From Escherichia phage vB_EcoM_Ozark, in sequence record NC_054927.1: 64,000 nucleotides of DNA; one strand, 5' to 3'. Shown piece after piece: positions 46,859-61,145 of this stretch (the first letter of the stretch is position 1; every line of letters begins with the position of its first letter). A model generated the notes under the pieces. It had not been told where the DNA came from, did no database searches, and saw only the letters and a list, made by a program, of their open reading frames with translations. The position numbers and the translations under genes are program-made.

Positions 46859-48841
46859 ATGGCAAATACCCCTGTAAATTATCAATTAACAAGAACAGCA
46901 AATGCTATTCCCGAGATATTCGTCGGGGGTACGTTTGCTGAAATAAAACAAAACCTCATTGAATGGCTTAATGGCCAAAATGAATTTTTGGATTATGATT
47001 TTGAAGGCTCAAGATTAAACGTTCTGTGTGACCTTTTGGCTTATAATACGCTGTACATTCAACAGTTTGGTAATGCTGCTGTGTATGAAAGCTTTATGCG
47101 TACTGCTAACTTACGAAGTTCAGTTGTTCAAGCTGCACAAGATAACGGATATTTACCTACTTCAAAATCCGCTGCACAGACCGAAATTATGTTAACATGC
47201 ACCGACGCATTGAATAGGAATTACATTACAATTCCTCGCGGAACTCGCTTTTTAGCATATGCAAAAGATACTTCTGTTAATCCATATAACTTCGTTTCTA
47301 CCGAAGACGTTATTGCTATTCGTGATAAAAATAACCAATATTTTCCGCGTTTAAAATTGGCCCAGGGACGTATAGTAAGAACTGAAATCATTTATGATAA
47401 ATTAACACCTATTATCATTTATGATAAAAATATTGATAGAAACCAGGTTAAATTATATGTTGATGGAGCGGAATGGATTAACTGGACGAGAAAGTCAATG
47501 GTTCATGCTGGTTCAACATCAACGATTTACTATATGCGTGAAACTATTGATGGAAACACTGAATTCTATTTTGGCGAAGGTGAAATTTCTGTTAATGCTT
47601 CTGAAGGAGCTTTGACCGCTAATTATATCGGAGGTCTTAAACCTACCCAGAACTCTACGATTGTTATTGAGTACATCAGTACTAACGGTGCAGATGCGAA
47701 TGGCGCAGTCGGATTTTCATATGCAGATACATTAACAAATATAACTGTCATCAATATTAATGAAAATCCAAACGACGACCCAGATTTTGTCGGAGCAGAT
47801 GGCGGCGGTGATCCAGAAGATATTGAACGTATTCGTGAATTGGGTACTATTAAGCGTGAAACTCAGCAGCGATGTGTAACTGCGACAGATTATGATACAT
47901 TTGTCTCAGAAAGATTTGGTTCTATTATTCAAGCCGTTCAGACTTTCACTGATTCTACTAAACCTGGTTATGCATTTATTGCTGCTAAACCTAAATCAGG
48001 ATTGTATTTAACTACTGTGCAGCGTGAAGATATTAAAAATTATCTCAAAGATTATAATTTAGCACCTATTACGCCATCAATTATTTCTCCTAATTATCTT
48101 TTCATTAAGACTAATTTAAAAGTCACATATGCTTTAAATAAACTGCAAGAATCCGAGCAGTGGCTTGAAGGTCAAATAATTGATAAAATTGATCGCTATT
48201 ATACCGAAGATGTAGAAATTTTTAACTCATCTTTCGCTAAATCTAAGATGTTGACATATGTAGATGATGCAGATCATTCTGTCATCGGTTCATCAGCGAC
48301 TATTCAAATGGTTCGTGAAGTACAAAACTTCTATAAAACGCCTGAAGCGGGTATTAAATACAATAATCAAATAAAAGATCGTTCTATGGAATCTAATACG
48401 TTTTCATTTAATTCTGGACGAAAGGTTGTAAATCCTGATACTGGTTTAGAAGAAGATGTATTATATGACGTTCGTATAGTATCAACAGACCGAGATTCTA
48501 AAGGAATTGGTAAAGTTATTATTGGTCCATTTGCTTCTGGCGATGTTACAGAAAATGAAAACATTCAGCCGTATACAGGCAACGATTTTAACAAATTAGC
48601 AAATTCTGATGGACGCGACAAATACTATGTTATCGGTGAAATAAATTATCCGGCTGACATGATTTATTGGAATATCGCTAAAATTAATTTAACATCTGAA
48701 AAATTTGAAGTTCAGACTATTGAATTATATTCTGACCCAACCGATGATGTTATCTTTACTCGCGATGGTTCACTGATTGTATTTGAAAATGACTTACGTC
48801 CACAATACTTAACTATCGATTTGGAGCCTATATCACAATGA
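46859..48841 (+). CDS. 6: Baseplate wedge protein gp6
   Basis: 660-aa ORF, size and order as T4. Confidence 0.9.
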   Translation: MANTPVNYQLTRTANAIPEIFVGGTFAEIKQNLIEWLNGQNEFLDYDFEGSRLNVLCDLLAYNTLYIQQFGNAAVYESFMRTANLRSSVVQAAQDNGYLPTSKSAAQTEIMLTCTDALNRNYITIPRGTRFLAYAKDTSVNPYNFVSTEDVIAIRDKNNQYFPRLKLAQGRIVRTEIIYDKLTPIIIYDKNIDRNQVKLYVDGAEWINWTRKSMVHAGSTSTIYYMRETIDGNTEFYFGEGEISVNASEGALTANYIGGLKPTQNSTIVIEYISTNGADANGAVGFSYADTLTNITVININENPNDDPDFVGADGGGDPEDIERIRELGTIKRETQQRCVTATDYDTFVSERFGSIIQAVQTFTDSTKPGYAFIAAKPKSGLYLTTVQREDIKNYLKDYNLAPITPSIISPNYLFIKTNLKVTYALNKLQESEQWLEGQIIDKIDRYYTEDVEIFNSSFAKSKMLTYVDDADHSVIGSSATIQMVREVQNFYKTPEAGIKYNNQIKDRSMESNTFSFNSGRKVVNPDTGLEEDVLYDVRIVSTDRDSKGIGKVIIGPFASGDVTENENIQPYTGNDFNKLANSDGRDKYYVIGEINYPADMIYWNIAKINLTSEKFEVQTIELYSDPTDDVIFTRDGSLIVFENDLRPQYLTIDLEPISQ

Positions 48842-51800
48842 CAGTAAAAGCACCTTCAGTCACTAGTCTCAGAATTTCCAAGTTATCCGCAAATCAGGTG
48901 CAAGTACGCTGGGATGACGTTGGTGCTAATTTCTACTATTTTGTAGAAATCGCTGAGACAAAAACAAACTCGGGGGAAAATCTCCCGAGTAATCAATACA
49001 GATGGATTAACTTAGGATATACATCAAATAATAGTTTCTTTTTTGATGATGCTGATCCATTAACAACATACATTATTAGAGTAGCTACAGCTGCGCAAGA
49101 TTTTGAGCAGTCTGATTGGATTTATACCGAAGAGTTTGAAACTTTTGCTACAAATGCTTATACATTTCAAAACATGATTGAAATGCAATTAGCCAATAAA
49201 TTCATTCAGGAAAAATTTACTCTTAATAATTCTGATTATGTTAATTTTAATAATGATACTATAATGGCTGCATTGATGAATGAATCGTTCCAATTCAGCC
49301 CATCATATGTTGATGTTTCATCAATAAGTAATTTTATTATTGGTGAAAATGAGTATCATGAAATACAAGGTTCCATTCAGCAAGTATGTAAGGATATTAA
49401 TCGAGTTTATTTGATGGAATCAGAAGGGATTCTATATCTTTTTGAGCGCTATCAGCCTGTAGTTAAAGTATCCAATGATAAAGGACAAACCTGGAAAGCT
49501 GTAAAGCTCTTCAATGATCGTGTAGGATATCCTTTATCTAAGACAGTATATTACCAATCTGCGAACACAACATACGTTCTAGGATACGACAAGATTTTCT
49601 ACGGCCGTAAATCTACTGATGTTAGATGGTCAGCTGATGATGTCAGATTTAGTTCGCAGGATATAACATTTGCTAAACTTGGTGACCAATTGCATCTAGG
49701 ATTTGATGTAGAAATTTTTGCCACTTATGCGACTTTACCAGCGAATGTATACCGCATTGCAGAAGCTATTACTTGTACAGATGATTACATTTACGTTGTC
49801 GCCAGAGACAAAGTTAGATACATAAAAACGAGTAATGCACCTATAGATTCTGATCCATTATCTCCAACATATTCGGAAAGACTTTTTGAACCTGATACTA
49901 TGACTATAACTGGAAATCCTAAAGCAGTATGTTATAAAATGGATTCTATCGGTGATAAAGTTTTTGCTCTTATTATTGGTGAAGTTGAAACATTAAATGC
50001 CAATCCGAGGACTTCAAAAATAATTGATTCCGCTGATAAAGGAATATATGTTTTAAATCATGACGAAAAGACATGGAAAAGAGTTTTCGGTAATACCGAA
50101 GAAGAAAGAAGACGTATTCAACCAGGATATGCGAATATGTCAACTGACGGTAAATTAGTTTCTCTGTCTTCGAGTAATTTTAAATTTTTAAGTGATAATG
50201 TTGTTAATGACCCTGAAACTGCAGCAAAATATCAGTTAATTGGTGCTGTCAAATATGAATTTCCTCGTGAATGGTTAGCTGATAAACATTATCATATGAT
50301 GGCATTTATAGCAGATGAAAAATCTGATTGGGAGACTTTTACTCCTCAACCAATGAAATACTACGCAGAACCATTCTTTAACTGGTCTAAAAAATCTAAC
50401 ACACGTTGTTGGATAAACAACTCCGATAGGGTTGTAGTAGTTTATGCTGATTTAAAATACACCAAAGTTATAGAAAATATTCCGGAAACATCACCAGATA
50501 GATTAGTTCATGAATACTGGGATGATGGTGATTGCACGATAGTAATGCCAAATGTTAAATTCACGGGATTTAAAAAATATGCGTCTGGGATGCTTTTTTA
50601 TAAATCTTCTGGTGAAATAATTTCTTACTATGATTTTAACTATCGAGTGAGAGACACAGTTGAAATAATTTGGAAGCCAACTGAAGTATTTTTAAAAGCA
50701 TTTTTACAAAACCAAGAGCATGAAACTCCTTGGTCACCAGAAGAAGAGCGTGGACTAGCTGACCCCGATTTAACACCATTAATTGGCACAATGATGCCTG
50801 ATTCTTATTTGTTACAGGATTCGAATTTTGAGGCATTTTGCGAAGCATATATTCAATATCTTTCTGATGGATATGGAACTCAGTATAACAATTTACGAAA
50901 TTTAATTCGTAACAAATATCCACGAGAAGAGCATGCATGGGAATATTTGTGGTCAGAGATATATAAAAGAAACATCTATTTAAATGCTGACAAACGTGAC
51001 GCTGTTGCAAGATTTTTCGAATCACGTAGCTATGATTTTTATTCTACTAAAGGAATTGAAGCATCATACAAGTTTCTTTTTAAAGTTCTTTATAATGAAG
51101 AAGTTGAAATTGAAATTGAATCTGGGGCTGGTACTGAATATGATATAATCGTTCAATCTGATTCTTTGACTGAAGACTTAGTAGGACAAACGATTTATAC
51201 GGCAACAGGAAGATGTAATGTTACTTATATAGAAAGAAGCTATTCTAACGGTAAATTGCAATGGACCGTAACTATTCATAATCTTTTAGGACGATTAATT
51301 GCTGGTCAAGAAGTTAAAGCAGAAAGACTCCCTAGTTTTGAAGGCGAAATTATTCGTGGGGTTAAAGGAAAGGATTTGCTTCAAAACAATATAGACTATA
51401 TTAATAGAAGTAGATCATACTATGTAATGAAAATTAAATCCAATTTACCTTCTTCTCGTTGGAAATCTGACGTTATTCGTTTTGTTCATCCAGTAGGATT
51501 TGGATTTATAGCAATTACCCTTTTAACAATGTTTATTAATGTTGGTTTAACTCTTAAACATACAGAGACTATAATTAATAAATACAAAAACTATAAATGG
51601 GATTCTGGATTGCCTACTGAATATGCCGATAGAATAGCTAAATTAACTCCAACCGGTGAAATTGAGCATGATTCAGTAACAGGCGAAGCAATTTATGAAC
51701 CTGGCCCAATGGCTGGCGTAAAATATCCTCTTCCTGATGACTATAATGCTGAAAATAATAATTCAATATTTCAAGGTCAATTGCCGTCTGAACGACGTAA

Positions 51801-51936
51801 ATTAATGAGTCCTTTATTTGATGCATCTGGAACAACATTTGCACAATTTAGGGATTTAGTTAATAAACGTCTAAAAGACAATATAGGAAATCCAAGAGAC
51901 CCTGAAAATCCAACACAGGTTAAAATAGATGAATGA
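48838..51936 (+). CDS. 7: Baseplate wedge protein gp7
   Basis: 1032-aa ORF, size and order as T4. Confidence 0.9.
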   Translation: MTVKAPSVTSLRISKLSANQVQVRWDDVGANFYYFVEIAETKTNSGENLPSNQYRWINLGYTSNNSFFFDDADPLTTYIIRVATAAQDFEQSDWIYTEEFETFATNAYTFQNMIEMQLANKFIQEKFTLNNSDYVNFNNDTIMAALMNESFQFSPSYVDVSSISNFIIGENEYHEIQGSIQQVCKDINRVYLMESEGILYLFERYQPVVKVSNDKGQTWKAVKLFNDRVGYPLSKTVYYQSANTTYVLGYDKIFYGRKSTDVRWSADDVRFSSQDITFAKLGDQLHLGFDVEIFATYATLPANVYRIAEAITCTDDYIYVVARDKVRYIKTSNAPIDSDPLSPTYSERLFEPDTMTITGNPKAVCYKMDSIGDKVFALIIGEVETLNANPRTSKIIDSADKGIYVLNHDEKTWKRVFGNTEEERRRIQPGYANMSTDGKLVSLSSSNFKFLSDNVVNDPETAAKYQLIGAVKYEFPREWLADKHYHMMAFIADEKSDWETFTPQPMKYYAEPFFNWSKKSNTRCWINNSDRVVVVYADLKYTKVIENIPETSPDRLVHEYWDDGDCTIVMPNVKFTGFKKYASGMLFYKSSGEIISYYDFNYRVRDTVEIIWKPTEVFLKAFLQNQEHETPWSPEEERGLADPDLTPLIGTMMPDSYLLQDSNFEAFCEAYIQYLSDGYGTQYNNLRNLIRNKYPREEHAWEYLWSEIYKRNIYLNADKRDAVARFFESRSYDFYSTKGIEASYKFLFKVLYNEEVEIEIESGAGTEYDIIVQSDSLTEDLVGQTIYTATGRCNVTYIERSYSNGKLQWTVTIHNLLGRLIAGQEVKAERLPSFEGEIIRGVKGKDLLQNNIDYINRSRSYYVMKIKSNLPSSRWKSDVIRFVHPVGFGFIAITLLTMFINVGLTLKHTETIINKYKNYKWDSGLPTEYADRIAKLTPTGEIEHDSVTGEAIYEPGPMAGVKYPLPDDYNAENNNSIFQGQLPSERRKLMSPLFDASGTTFAQFRDLVNKRLKDNIGNPRDPENPTQVKIDE

Positions 51937-52933
51937 TTCAAGTGTTATCTATCGTGCGATAGTTACTTCAAAATTTAGAACAGAAAAAATGTTGAATTTT
52001 TATAATTCAATTGGAAGTGGTCCGGATAAAAACACTATCTTTATCACATTTGGAAGATCAGAACCGTGGTCATCAAATGAAAATGAGGTGGGCTTTGCCC
52101 CACCTTATCCAACCGATTCTGTATTAGGCGTAACTGACATGTGGACTCATATGATGGGAACTGTAAAGGTTCTTCCATCTATGCTTGATGCAGTTATTCC
52201 TCGTAGAGATTGGGGAGATACTAGATATCCGGATCCATACACATTTAGAATTAACGATATTGTAGTATGTAACTCAGCTCCTTACAATGCTACCGAATCA
52301 GGCGCAGGCTGGTTAGTATATCGTTGTTTAGATGTTCCTGATACCGGAATGTGTTCAATAGCATCTTTAACTGATAAAGATGAATGCCTTAAGTTAGGTG
52401 GAAAATGGACTCCTTCTGCTAGGTCAATGACTCCTCCTGAAGGTCGAGGAGATGCGGAAGGAACAATCGAACCTGGAGACGGATATGTTTGGGAATATCT
52501 TTTTGAGATTCCGCCTGATGTATCTATAAATAGATGCACGAATGAATATATCGTGGTTCCTTGGCCTGAGGAATTAAAAGAAGACCCGACTAGATGGGGA
52601 TATGAAGATAATCTCACATGGCAACAAGATGATTTTGGATTAATTTATCGGGTTAAGGCAAATACTATCCGTTTTAAAGCATATTTAGATTCAGTTTATT
52701 TTCCTGAAGCTGCATTGCCGGGAAATAAAGGATTTAGACAAATATCAATAATCACGAATCCTCTTGAAGCTAAAGCTCATCCAAATGACCCAAACGTTAA
52801 AGCTGAAAAGGATTATTATGATCCGGAAGATTTAATGAGGCATTCGGGCGAAATGATTTATATGGAAAATAGGCCACCTATTATCATGGCAATGGATCAA
52901 ACAGAAGAAATCAATATTCTGTTTACATTTTAA
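51929..52933 (+). CDS. 8: Baseplate wedge protein gp8
   Basis: 334-aa ORF; terminator hairpin follows. Confidence 0.9.
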   Translation: MNDSSVIYRAIVTSKFRTEKMLNFYNSIGSGPDKNTIFITFGRSEPWSSNENEVGFAPPYPTDSVLGVTDMWTHMMGTVKVLPSMLDAVIPRRDWGDTRYPDPYTFRINDIVVCNSAPYNATESGAGWLVYRCLDVPDTGMCSIASLTDKDECLKLGGKWTPSARSMTPPEGRGDAEGTIEPGDGYVWEYLFEIPPDVSINRCTNEYIVVPWPEELKEDPTRWGYEDNLTWQQDDFGLIYRVKANTIRFKAYLDSVYFPEAALPGNKGFRQISIITNPLEAKAHPNDPNVKAEKDYYDPEDLMRHSGEMIYMENRPPIIMAMDQTEEINILFTF

Positions 52934-52938
52934 CTTAA

Positions 52939-52965
52939 GGGAGCCCATGGGCTCCCTTTTTCTTT
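52939..52965 (+). terminator. Rho-independent terminator after gene 8
   Basis: GGGAGCCCATGGGCTCCC hairpin followed by TTTTTCTTT. Confidence 0.65.
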
Positions 52966-52972
52966 ATAAATA
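52965..52972 (+). promoter_or_regulatory. Late promoter (TATAAATA) for gene 9
   Basis: Exact TATAAATA ~25 nt upstream of the gp9 ATG, directly after the gp8 terminator. Confidence 0.6.
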
Positions 52973-52996
52973 CTATAAACTCATAAGGAAACCGCT

Positions 52997-53863
52997 ATGT
53001 TCATTCAAGAACCAAAGAAATTGATTGATACCGGCGAAATTGGTAACGCTTCTACTGGTGATATCTTATTCGACGGTGGTAATAAAATTAATAGTGATTT
53101 TAACGCAATTTATAATGCGTTTGGCGATCAACGTAAAATGGCAGTAGCAAATGGCACTGGAGCAGATGGTCAAATTATCCATGCTACTGGATATTATCAA
53201 AAACACTCTATCGCAGAGTACGCAACTCCAGTAAAAGTTGGCACTAGGCATGATATTGATACCTCTACTGTAGGTGTTAAAGTTATCATTGAAAGAGGCG
53301 AACTCGGCGACTGCGTTGAATTTATTAACTCAAATGGATCAATATCAGTTACTAATCCTTTAACAATTCAAGCCATTGATTCAATTAAAGGTGTTTCAGG
53401 TAATTTAGTAGTAACTAGCCCATATAGTAAAGTAACTTTACGTTGTATTTCATCTGATAATTCTACATCGGTGTGGAATTATTCTATTGAAAGTATGTTT
53501 GGTCAAAAGGAATCACCAGCTGAAGGTACATGGAATATTTCTACATCCGGATCAGTTGATATTCCACTATTTCATCGTACTGAATATAACATGGCTAAAT
53601 TGTTAGTTACATGCCAATCAGTAGATGGAAGAAAAATTAAAACGGCAGAAATAAATATTCTTGTGGATACTGTTAATTCAGCGGTCATTTCTTCTGAATA
53701 TGCTGTCATGCGAGTTGGGAATGAAACCGAAGAAGACGAAATCGCTAATATTGCATTTAGTATTAAAGAAAATTATGTAACGGCGACTATAAGTTCTCCA
53801 ACTGTCGGTATGAGAGCAGCAGTTAAAGTTATCGCTACGCAGAAAATCGGGGTGGCTCAATAA
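52997..53863 (+). CDS. 9: Baseplate wedge / long-tail-fibre socket protein gp9
   Basis: 288-aa ORF; late promoter TATAAATA at 52965-52972. Confidence 0.9.
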   Translation: MFIQEPKKLIDTGEIGNASTGDILFDGGNKINSDFNAIYNAFGDQRKMAVANGTGADGQIIHATGYYQKHSIAEYATPVKVGTRHDIDTSTVGVKVIIERGELGDCVEFINSNGSISVTNPLTIQAIDSIKGVSGNLVVTSPYSKVTLRCISSDNSTSVWNYSIESMFGQKESPAEGTWNISTSGSVDIPLFHRTEYNMAKLLVTCQSVDGRKIKTAEINILVDTVNSAVISSEYAVMRVGNETEEDEIANIAFSIKENYVTATISSPTVGMRAAVKVIATQKIGVAQ

Positions 53864-55671
53864 TGAAACAAAATATTAATATCGGTAATGTTGTTGATGA
53901 TGGTACCGGTGACTACCTGCGTAAAGGTGGTATAAAAATAAATGAAAACTTTGATGAGCTTTATTATGAGCTTGGTGATGGAGATGTTCCATATTCAGCC
54001 GGTGCCTGGAAAACTTATGATGCTTCATCTGGCCAAACACTAAAAGCTGAGTGGGGAAAATCATACGCTATTAATACATCTTCTGGAAGAGTAACTATAA
54101 ATCTTCCAAAAGGAACTGTCAATGATTACAACAAGGTAATTAGAGCTAGAGACGTATTTGCTACATGGAACGTCAACCCAGTTACATTAGTAGCTGCTTC
54201 CGGCGATACGATTAAAGGGTCTGCAGTACCAGTTGAAATTAATGTTCAATTCAGCGATTTGGAATTAGTGTATTGCGCCCCAGGACGTTGGGAATATGTC
54301 AAAAATAAGCAAATTGACAAAATTACCAGTTCAGACATCAGTAATGTAGCTCGTAAAGAATTTTTAGTCGAAGTCCAAGGGCAAACAGACTTTTTAGATG
54401 TTTTCCGTGGAACTAGTTATAATGTAAATAACATCAGAGTAAAACATCGTGGTAACGAATTGTATTACGGCGATGTGTTTAGCGAAAACAGCGATTTTGG
54501 CTCTCCGGGCGAAAATGAAGGAGAACTAGTTCCTCTTGATGGATTTAATATTCGATTAAGACAGCCTTGTAATATTGGTGACACCGTTCAAATTGAAACA
54601 TTTATGGATGGTGTATCGCAGTGGAGAAGTTCATATACAAGACGTCAAATTAGATTGTTAGATTCAAAATTAACGTCAAAAACTTCTTTAGAAGGAAGTA
54701 TTTACGTTACTGATTTATCAACAATGAAATCAATTCCATTTTCTGCTTTTGGATTAATTCCAGGAGAACCTATTAATCCTAACTCTCTTGAGGTTCGTTT
54801 TAACGGGATTTTGCAGGAATTGGCTGGCACAGTTGGAATGCCATTATTTCATTGTGTTGGTGCCGATTCAGACGATGAAGTAGAATGCTCTGTTTTAGGT
54901 GGAACTTGGGAACAATCTCATACCGATTATTCAATTGAAACTGATGAAAACGGCATACCGGAAATTTTACATTTCGATAGAGTATTTGAGCATGGTGACA
55001 TTATCAATATCACCTGGTTTAATAATGATTTGGGTACATTATTAACAAAAGACGAGATTATTGATGAAACTGATAATCTCTATGTATCGCAAGGACCAGG
55101 GGTAGATATTTCCGGTGATGTAAATTTAACAGACTTCGATAAAATTGGTTGGCCAAATGTAGAAGCAGTTCAATCTTATCAACGCGAATTTAATGCTGTT
55201 TCAAATATCTTTGATACGATTTATCCTATTGGAACTATATATGAAAACGCTGTTAATCCAAATAACCCTGTTACATATATGGGATTCGGCTCATGGAAAT
55301 TATTCGGGCAAGGAAAAGTTTTAGTTGGATGGAATGAAGATATTTCGGACCCTAACTTTGCTCTAAATAACAACGATTTAGATTCGGGTGGAAATCCTTC
55401 GCATACTGCAGGTGGAACAGGTGGTTCTACTTCTGTTACATTGGAAAATGCTAATCTTCCTGCAACTGAGACAGATGAAGAAGTTCTAATAGTTGATGAA
55501 AATGGATCAGTCATTGTTGGTGGGTGTCAATACGATCCAGATGAGTCTGGTCCGGTTTACACGAAATACCGTGAAGCTAAAGCATCTACTAACTCTACTC
55601 ACACTCCGCCAACATCAATAACTAACATTCAACCATATATTACAGTTTATCGTTGGATAAGGATTGCATAA
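53863..55671 (+). CDS. 10: Baseplate wedge protein gp10
   Basis: 602-aa ORF, size and order as T4. Confidence 0.9.
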   Translation: MKQNINIGNVVDDGTGDYLRKGGIKINENFDELYYELGDGDVPYSAGAWKTYDASSGQTLKAEWGKSYAINTSSGRVTINLPKGTVNDYNKVIRARDVFATWNVNPVTLVAASGDTIKGSAVPVEINVQFSDLELVYCAPGRWEYVKNKQIDKITSSDISNVARKEFLVEVQGQTDFLDVFRGTSYNVNNIRVKHRGNELYYGDVFSENSDFGSPGENEGELVPLDGFNIRLRQPCNIGDTVQIETFMDGVSQWRSSYTRRQIRLLDSKLTSKTSLEGSIYVTDLSTMKSIPFSAFGLIPGEPINPNSLEVRFNGILQELAGTVGMPLFHCVGADSDDEVECSVLGGTWEQSHTDYSIETDENGIPEILHFDRVFEHGDIINITWFNNDLGTLLTKDEIIDETDNLYVSQGPGVDISGDVNLTDFDKIGWPNVEAVQSYQREFNAVSNIFDTIYPIGTIYENAVNPNNPVTYMGFGSWKLFGQGKVLVGWNEDISDPNFALNNNDLDSGGNPSHTAGGTGGSTSVTLENANLPATETDEEVLIVDENGSVIVGGCQYDPDESGPVYTKYREAKASTNSTHTPPTSITNIQPYITVYRWIRIA

Positions 55672-56330
55672 TGAGTTTACTTAATAATAAAGCGGGAGTT
55701 ATTTCCCGCTTAGCCGATTTTCTTGGTTTTAGACCTAAAGCTGGTAATATAGATGTAATGAATCGTCAATCAGTTGGGTCAGTGACAATTTCTCAATTAG
55801 CGAAAGGATTTTATGAACCAAACGTAGAATCAGCTATTAATGACGTTCATAATTTTTCTATAAAAGACGTTGGTACAATTATTACTAATAAAACTGGTGT
55901 TTCTCCTGAGGGTGTTTCTCAAACTGATTATTGGGCATTTTCTGGAACTGTAACAGACGATTCTCTTCCTCCGGGTTCTCCTGTTACAGTATTAGTATTC
56001 GGTCTTCCAGTTTCAGCAACAACCGGAATGACAGCTATTGAGTTTGTCGCCAAAGTTCGTGTTGCTCTACAAGAAGCTATTGCGTCATTTACTGCTATCA
56101 ATTCATATAAAGACCATCCAACTGACGGTAGTAAATTAGAAGTTACTTATTTAGATAATCAAAAACATGTATTAAGCACATATTCTACATATGGAATAAC
56201 TATTTCCCAAGAAATTATTTCCGAATCTAAGCCTGGATATGGCACATGGAATTTGCTTGGTGCACAAACTGTAACTTTAGATAATCAGCAAACTCCAATA
56301 GTACTTTATCATTTTGAGAGAACAGCATGA
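55671..56330 (+). CDS. 11: Baseplate wedge / short-fibre attachment protein gp11
   Basis: ORF track begins at TTG (55653); the ATG at 55671 (TAATG overlap with gp10) gives 219 aa, the T4 gp11 size. Confidence 0.85.
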   Translation: MSLLNNKAGVISRLADFLGFRPKAGNIDVMNRQSVGSVTISQLAKGFYEPNVESAINDVHNFSIKDVGTIITNKTGVSPEGVSQTDYWAFSGTVTDDSLPPGSPVTVLVFGLPVSATTGMTAIEFVAKVRVALQEAIASFTAINSYKDHPTDGSKLEVTYLDNQKHVLSTYSTYGITISQEIISESKPGYGTWNLLGAQTVTLDNQQTPIVLYHFERTA

Positions 56331-57910
56331 GTAATAATACATACCAACACGTTTCTAATGAATCTCGTTATGTAAAATTTGATCCTACCGATACGAATTT
56401 TCCACCAGAGATTACTGATGTTCAGGCTGCTATAGCAGCCATTTCTCCTGCTGGTGTAAATGGAGTTCCTGATGCATCATCAACAACAAAAGGAATTTTA
56501 TTTCTTGCCACTGAACAGGAAGTTATCGACGGAACTGATAATACCAAAGCAGTTACACCAGCAACGTTGGCAACAAGATTATCATATCCAAACGCAACTG
56601 AAACTGTTTACGGATTAACAAGATATTCAACCAATGATGAAGCCATTGCCGGAGTTAATAATGAATCTTCTATAACTCCAGCTAAATTTACTGTTGCCCT
56701 TAATAATGCCTTTGAAACACGAGTTTCAACTGAATCCTCGAATGGTGTTATTAAAATTTCATCTCTACCACAAGCATTAGCTGGTGCAGATGATACTACT
56801 GCAATGACTCCATTAAAAACACAACAGTTAGCTATTAAATTAATTGCGCAAATTGCTCCTTCTGAAACCACAGCTACAGAGTCTGACCAGGGTGTTGTTC
56901 AATTAGCAACAGTAGCTCAAGTTCGTCAGGGAACTTTAAGAGAAGGCTATGCAATTTCTCCTTATACGTTTATGAATTCTACTGCTACTGAAGAGTATAA
57001 AGGTGTAATTAAATTAGGAACACAGTCAGAAGTTAACTCGAATAATGCTTCAGTAGCAGTTACTGGCGCAACTCTTAATGGTCGTGGTTCTACAACGTCA
57101 ATGAGAGGCGTAGTTAGATTAACAACAACCGCTGGTTCACAAAGCGGAGGTGATGCTTCATCAGCATTAGCTTGGAATGCTGACGTTATCCACCAAAGAG
57201 GTGGTCAAACGATTAATGGAACACTCCGCATTAATAACACGCTCACGATAGCTTCAGGCGGAGCAAATATTACCGGCACAGTTAACATGACCGGTGGTTA
57301 TATTCAAGGTAAGCGTGTCGTAACACAAAATGAAATTGATAGAACTATTCCTGTCGGAGCTATTATGATGTGGGCCGCTGATAGTCTTCCTAGTGATGCT
57401 TGGCGTTTTTGCCACGGTGGAACTGTTTCAGCTTCAGATTGTCCATTATATGCTTCTAGAATTGGAACAAGATATGGCGGAAGCTCATCAAATCCTGGAT
57501 TGCCTGACATGCGTGGTCTTTTTGTTCGTGGCTCTGGACGTGGCTCTCACTTAACGAATCCAAATGTTAATGGTAATGACCAATTTGGTAAGCCTAGATT
57601 AGGTGTAGGTTGTACCGGTGGATATGTCGGTGAAGTACAAAAACAACAGATGTCTTATCATAAACATGCGGGCGGATTTGGTGAATGGGATGATTCTGGG
57701 GCATTCGGTAATACCCGTAGATCAAATTTTGTTGGTACACGTAAAGGACTTGACTGGGATAACCGTTCATACTTCACCAATGATGGATATGAAATTGACC
57801 CAGCATCACAACGAAATTCCAGATATACATTAAATCGTCCCGAATTAATTGGAAATGAAACACGTCCATGGAACATTTCTTTAAACTACATAATTAAGGT
57901 AAAAGAATGA
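56327..57910 (+). CDS. 12: Short tail fibre protein gp12
   Basis: 527-aa ORF with repetitive N-terminal region; size and order as T4. Confidence 0.9.
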   Translation: MSNNTYQHVSNESRYVKFDPTDTNFPPEITDVQAAIAAISPAGVNGVPDASSTTKGILFLATEQEVIDGTDNTKAVTPATLATRLSYPNATETVYGLTRYSTNDEAIAGVNNESSITPAKFTVALNNAFETRVSTESSNGVIKISSLPQALAGADDTTAMTPLKTQQLAIKLIAQIAPSETTATESDQGVVQLATVAQVRQGTLREGYAISPYTFMNSTATEEYKGVIKLGTQSEVNSNNASVAVTGATLNGRGSTTSMRGVVRLTTTAGSQSGGDASSALAWNADVIHQRGGQTINGTLRINNTLTIASGGANITGTVNMTGGYIQGKRVVTQNEIDRTIPVGAIMMWAADSLPSDAWRFCHGGTVSASDCPLYASRIGTRYGGSSSNPGLPDMRGLFVRGSGRGSHLTNPNVNGNDQFGKPRLGVGCTGGYVGEVQKQQMSYHKHAGGFGEWDDSGAFGNTRRSNFVGTRKGLDWDNRSYFTNDGYEIDPASQRNSRYTLNRPELIGNETRPWNISLNYIIKVKE

Positions 57911-59370
57911 CAGATATTGTACTGAATGACTTACCATTCGTTGACGGCCCTCCTGCAGAGGGCCAGAGCCGCATTTCCTGGATTAAAAACGGCGAAGAAA
58001 TATTAGGAGCTGACACACAATATGGAAGTGAAGGCTCAATGAATAGGCCCACAGTTTCTGTATTAAGAAATGTTGAAGTTCTCGATAAAAACATCGGAAT
58101 ACTTAAAACATCTTTAGAAACCGCAAATAGTGATATTAAAACAATTCAGGGCATCTTAGATGTATCTGGTGATATTGAAGCTTTGGCCCAAATAGGTATC
58201 AATAAAAAGGATATTTCTGACCTCAAAACGCTAACCAGTGAACACACAGAAATATTAAATGGAACTAATAGTACGGTTGACAGCATTCTTGCAGATATTG
58301 GTCCATTTAACTCCGAGGCCAACTCTGTATACAGAACAATCAGAAATGATTTACTGTGGATAAAGCGTGAACTTGGACAATACACAGGTCAAGATATTAA
58401 TGGTCTTCCTGTTGTAGGAAATCCTAGTAGTGGAATGAAGCATCGCATTATTAATAATACTGATGTCATTACTTCACAGGGAATACGTTTAAGCGAATTA
58501 GAAACAAAATTTATTGAATCTGATGTAGGTTCTTTGACTATTGAAGTTGGCAATCTTCGTGAAGAGCTTGGACCGAAACCGCCGTCATTTTCCCAAACTG
58601 TTTATAGTCGTTTAAATGAAATTGACACTAAACAGACAACAGTTGAGTCTGACATTAGTGCTATTAAGACCTCAATAGGATATCCGGGAAATAATTCGAT
58701 TATTACGAGTGTTAATACAAACACTGATAATATTGCATCTATTAATTTAGAGCTAAATCAAAGTGGAGGTATTAAACAGCGTTTAACCGCTATAGAAACT
58801 TCTATCGGTTCAGATGATATTCCTTCGAGTATTAAAGGACAAATTAAAGATAATACAACTTCAATCGAAGCTCTAAACGGAATTGTAGGTGAAAACACTT
58901 CATCTGGTTTAAGAGCGAATGTTTCATGGTTAAACCAAATTGTTGGAACTGATTCTAGCGGTGGACAACCGTCTCCTCCTGGGTCTCTTTTAAACCGAGT
59001 TTCTACAATTGAAACTTCTGTTTCAGGCTTGAATAACGATGTTCAAAACCTACAAGTAGAGATTGGGAATAACAGCACAGGAATTAAAGGGCAAGTTGTA
59101 GCGTTAAATACTTTAGTAAATGGAACTAATCCAAATGGTTCAACTGTCGAAGAACGCGGATTAACCAATTCAATAAAAGCTAACGAAACCAACATTGCAT
59201 CAGTTACACAAGAAGTGAATACAGCTAAAGGCAATATATCTTCTTTACAAGACGATGTTCAAGCTCTTCAAGAAGCAGGTTATATTCCTGAAGCTCCAAA
59301 AGATGGCCAAGCTTACGTTCGTAAAGACGGCGAATGGGTATTACTTTCTACCTTTTTATCACCAGCATAA
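57907..59370 (+). CDS. wac: Fibritin (whisker) Wac
   Basis: 487-aa coiled-coil ORF ending in a foldon-like C-terminus ([27 protein letters not shown]). Confidence 0.9.
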   Translation: MTDIVLNDLPFVDGPPAEGQSRISWIKNGEEILGADTQYGSEGSMNRPTVSVLRNVEVLDKNIGILKTSLETANSDIKTIQGILDVSGDIEALAQIGINKKDISDLKTLTSEHTEILNGTNSTVDSILADIGPFNSEANSVYRTIRNDLLWIKRELGQYTGQDINGLPVVGNPSSGMKHRIINNTDVITSQGIRLSELETKFIESDVGSLTIEVGNLREELGPKPPSFSQTVYSRLNEIDTKQTTVESDISAIKTSIGYPGNNSIITSVNTNTDNIASINLELNQSGGIKQRLTAIETSIGSDDIPSSIKGQIKDNTTSIEALNGIVGENTSSGLRANVSWLNQIVGTDSSGGQPSPPGSLLNRVSTIETSVSGLNNDVQNLQVEIGNNSTGIKGQVVALNTLVNGTNPNGSTVEERGLTNSIKANETNIASVTQEVNTAKGNISSLQDDVQALQEAGYIPEAPKDGQAYVRKDGEWVLLSTFLSPA

Positions 59371-59373
59371 CAT

Positions 59374-59400
59374 GGGGCCGCAAGGCCCCAAAGGATTTTT
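59374..59400 (+). terminator. Hairpin after wac (weak terminator or RNA-stabilising element)
   Basis: GGGGCCGCAAGGCCCC hairpin; T-run is displaced (aaaggattttt), so termination efficiency is uncertain. Confidence 0.4.
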
Positions 59401-59402
59401 AA

Positions 59403-61104
<1,702 letters not shown>

Positions 61105-61145
61105 TAAATATTATAAACTAATTAAAGCCCAGATTAGGAGAAATC

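Noticed and set aside
50636-51025. Minus-strand 129-aa ORF inside gene 7
   Set aside because: Embedded antisense to a conserved late structural gene in a block that is otherwise entirely plus-strand.
52282-52617. Minus-strand 111-aa ORF inside gene 8
   Set aside because: Antisense to gene 8, no promoter or ribosome-binding site.
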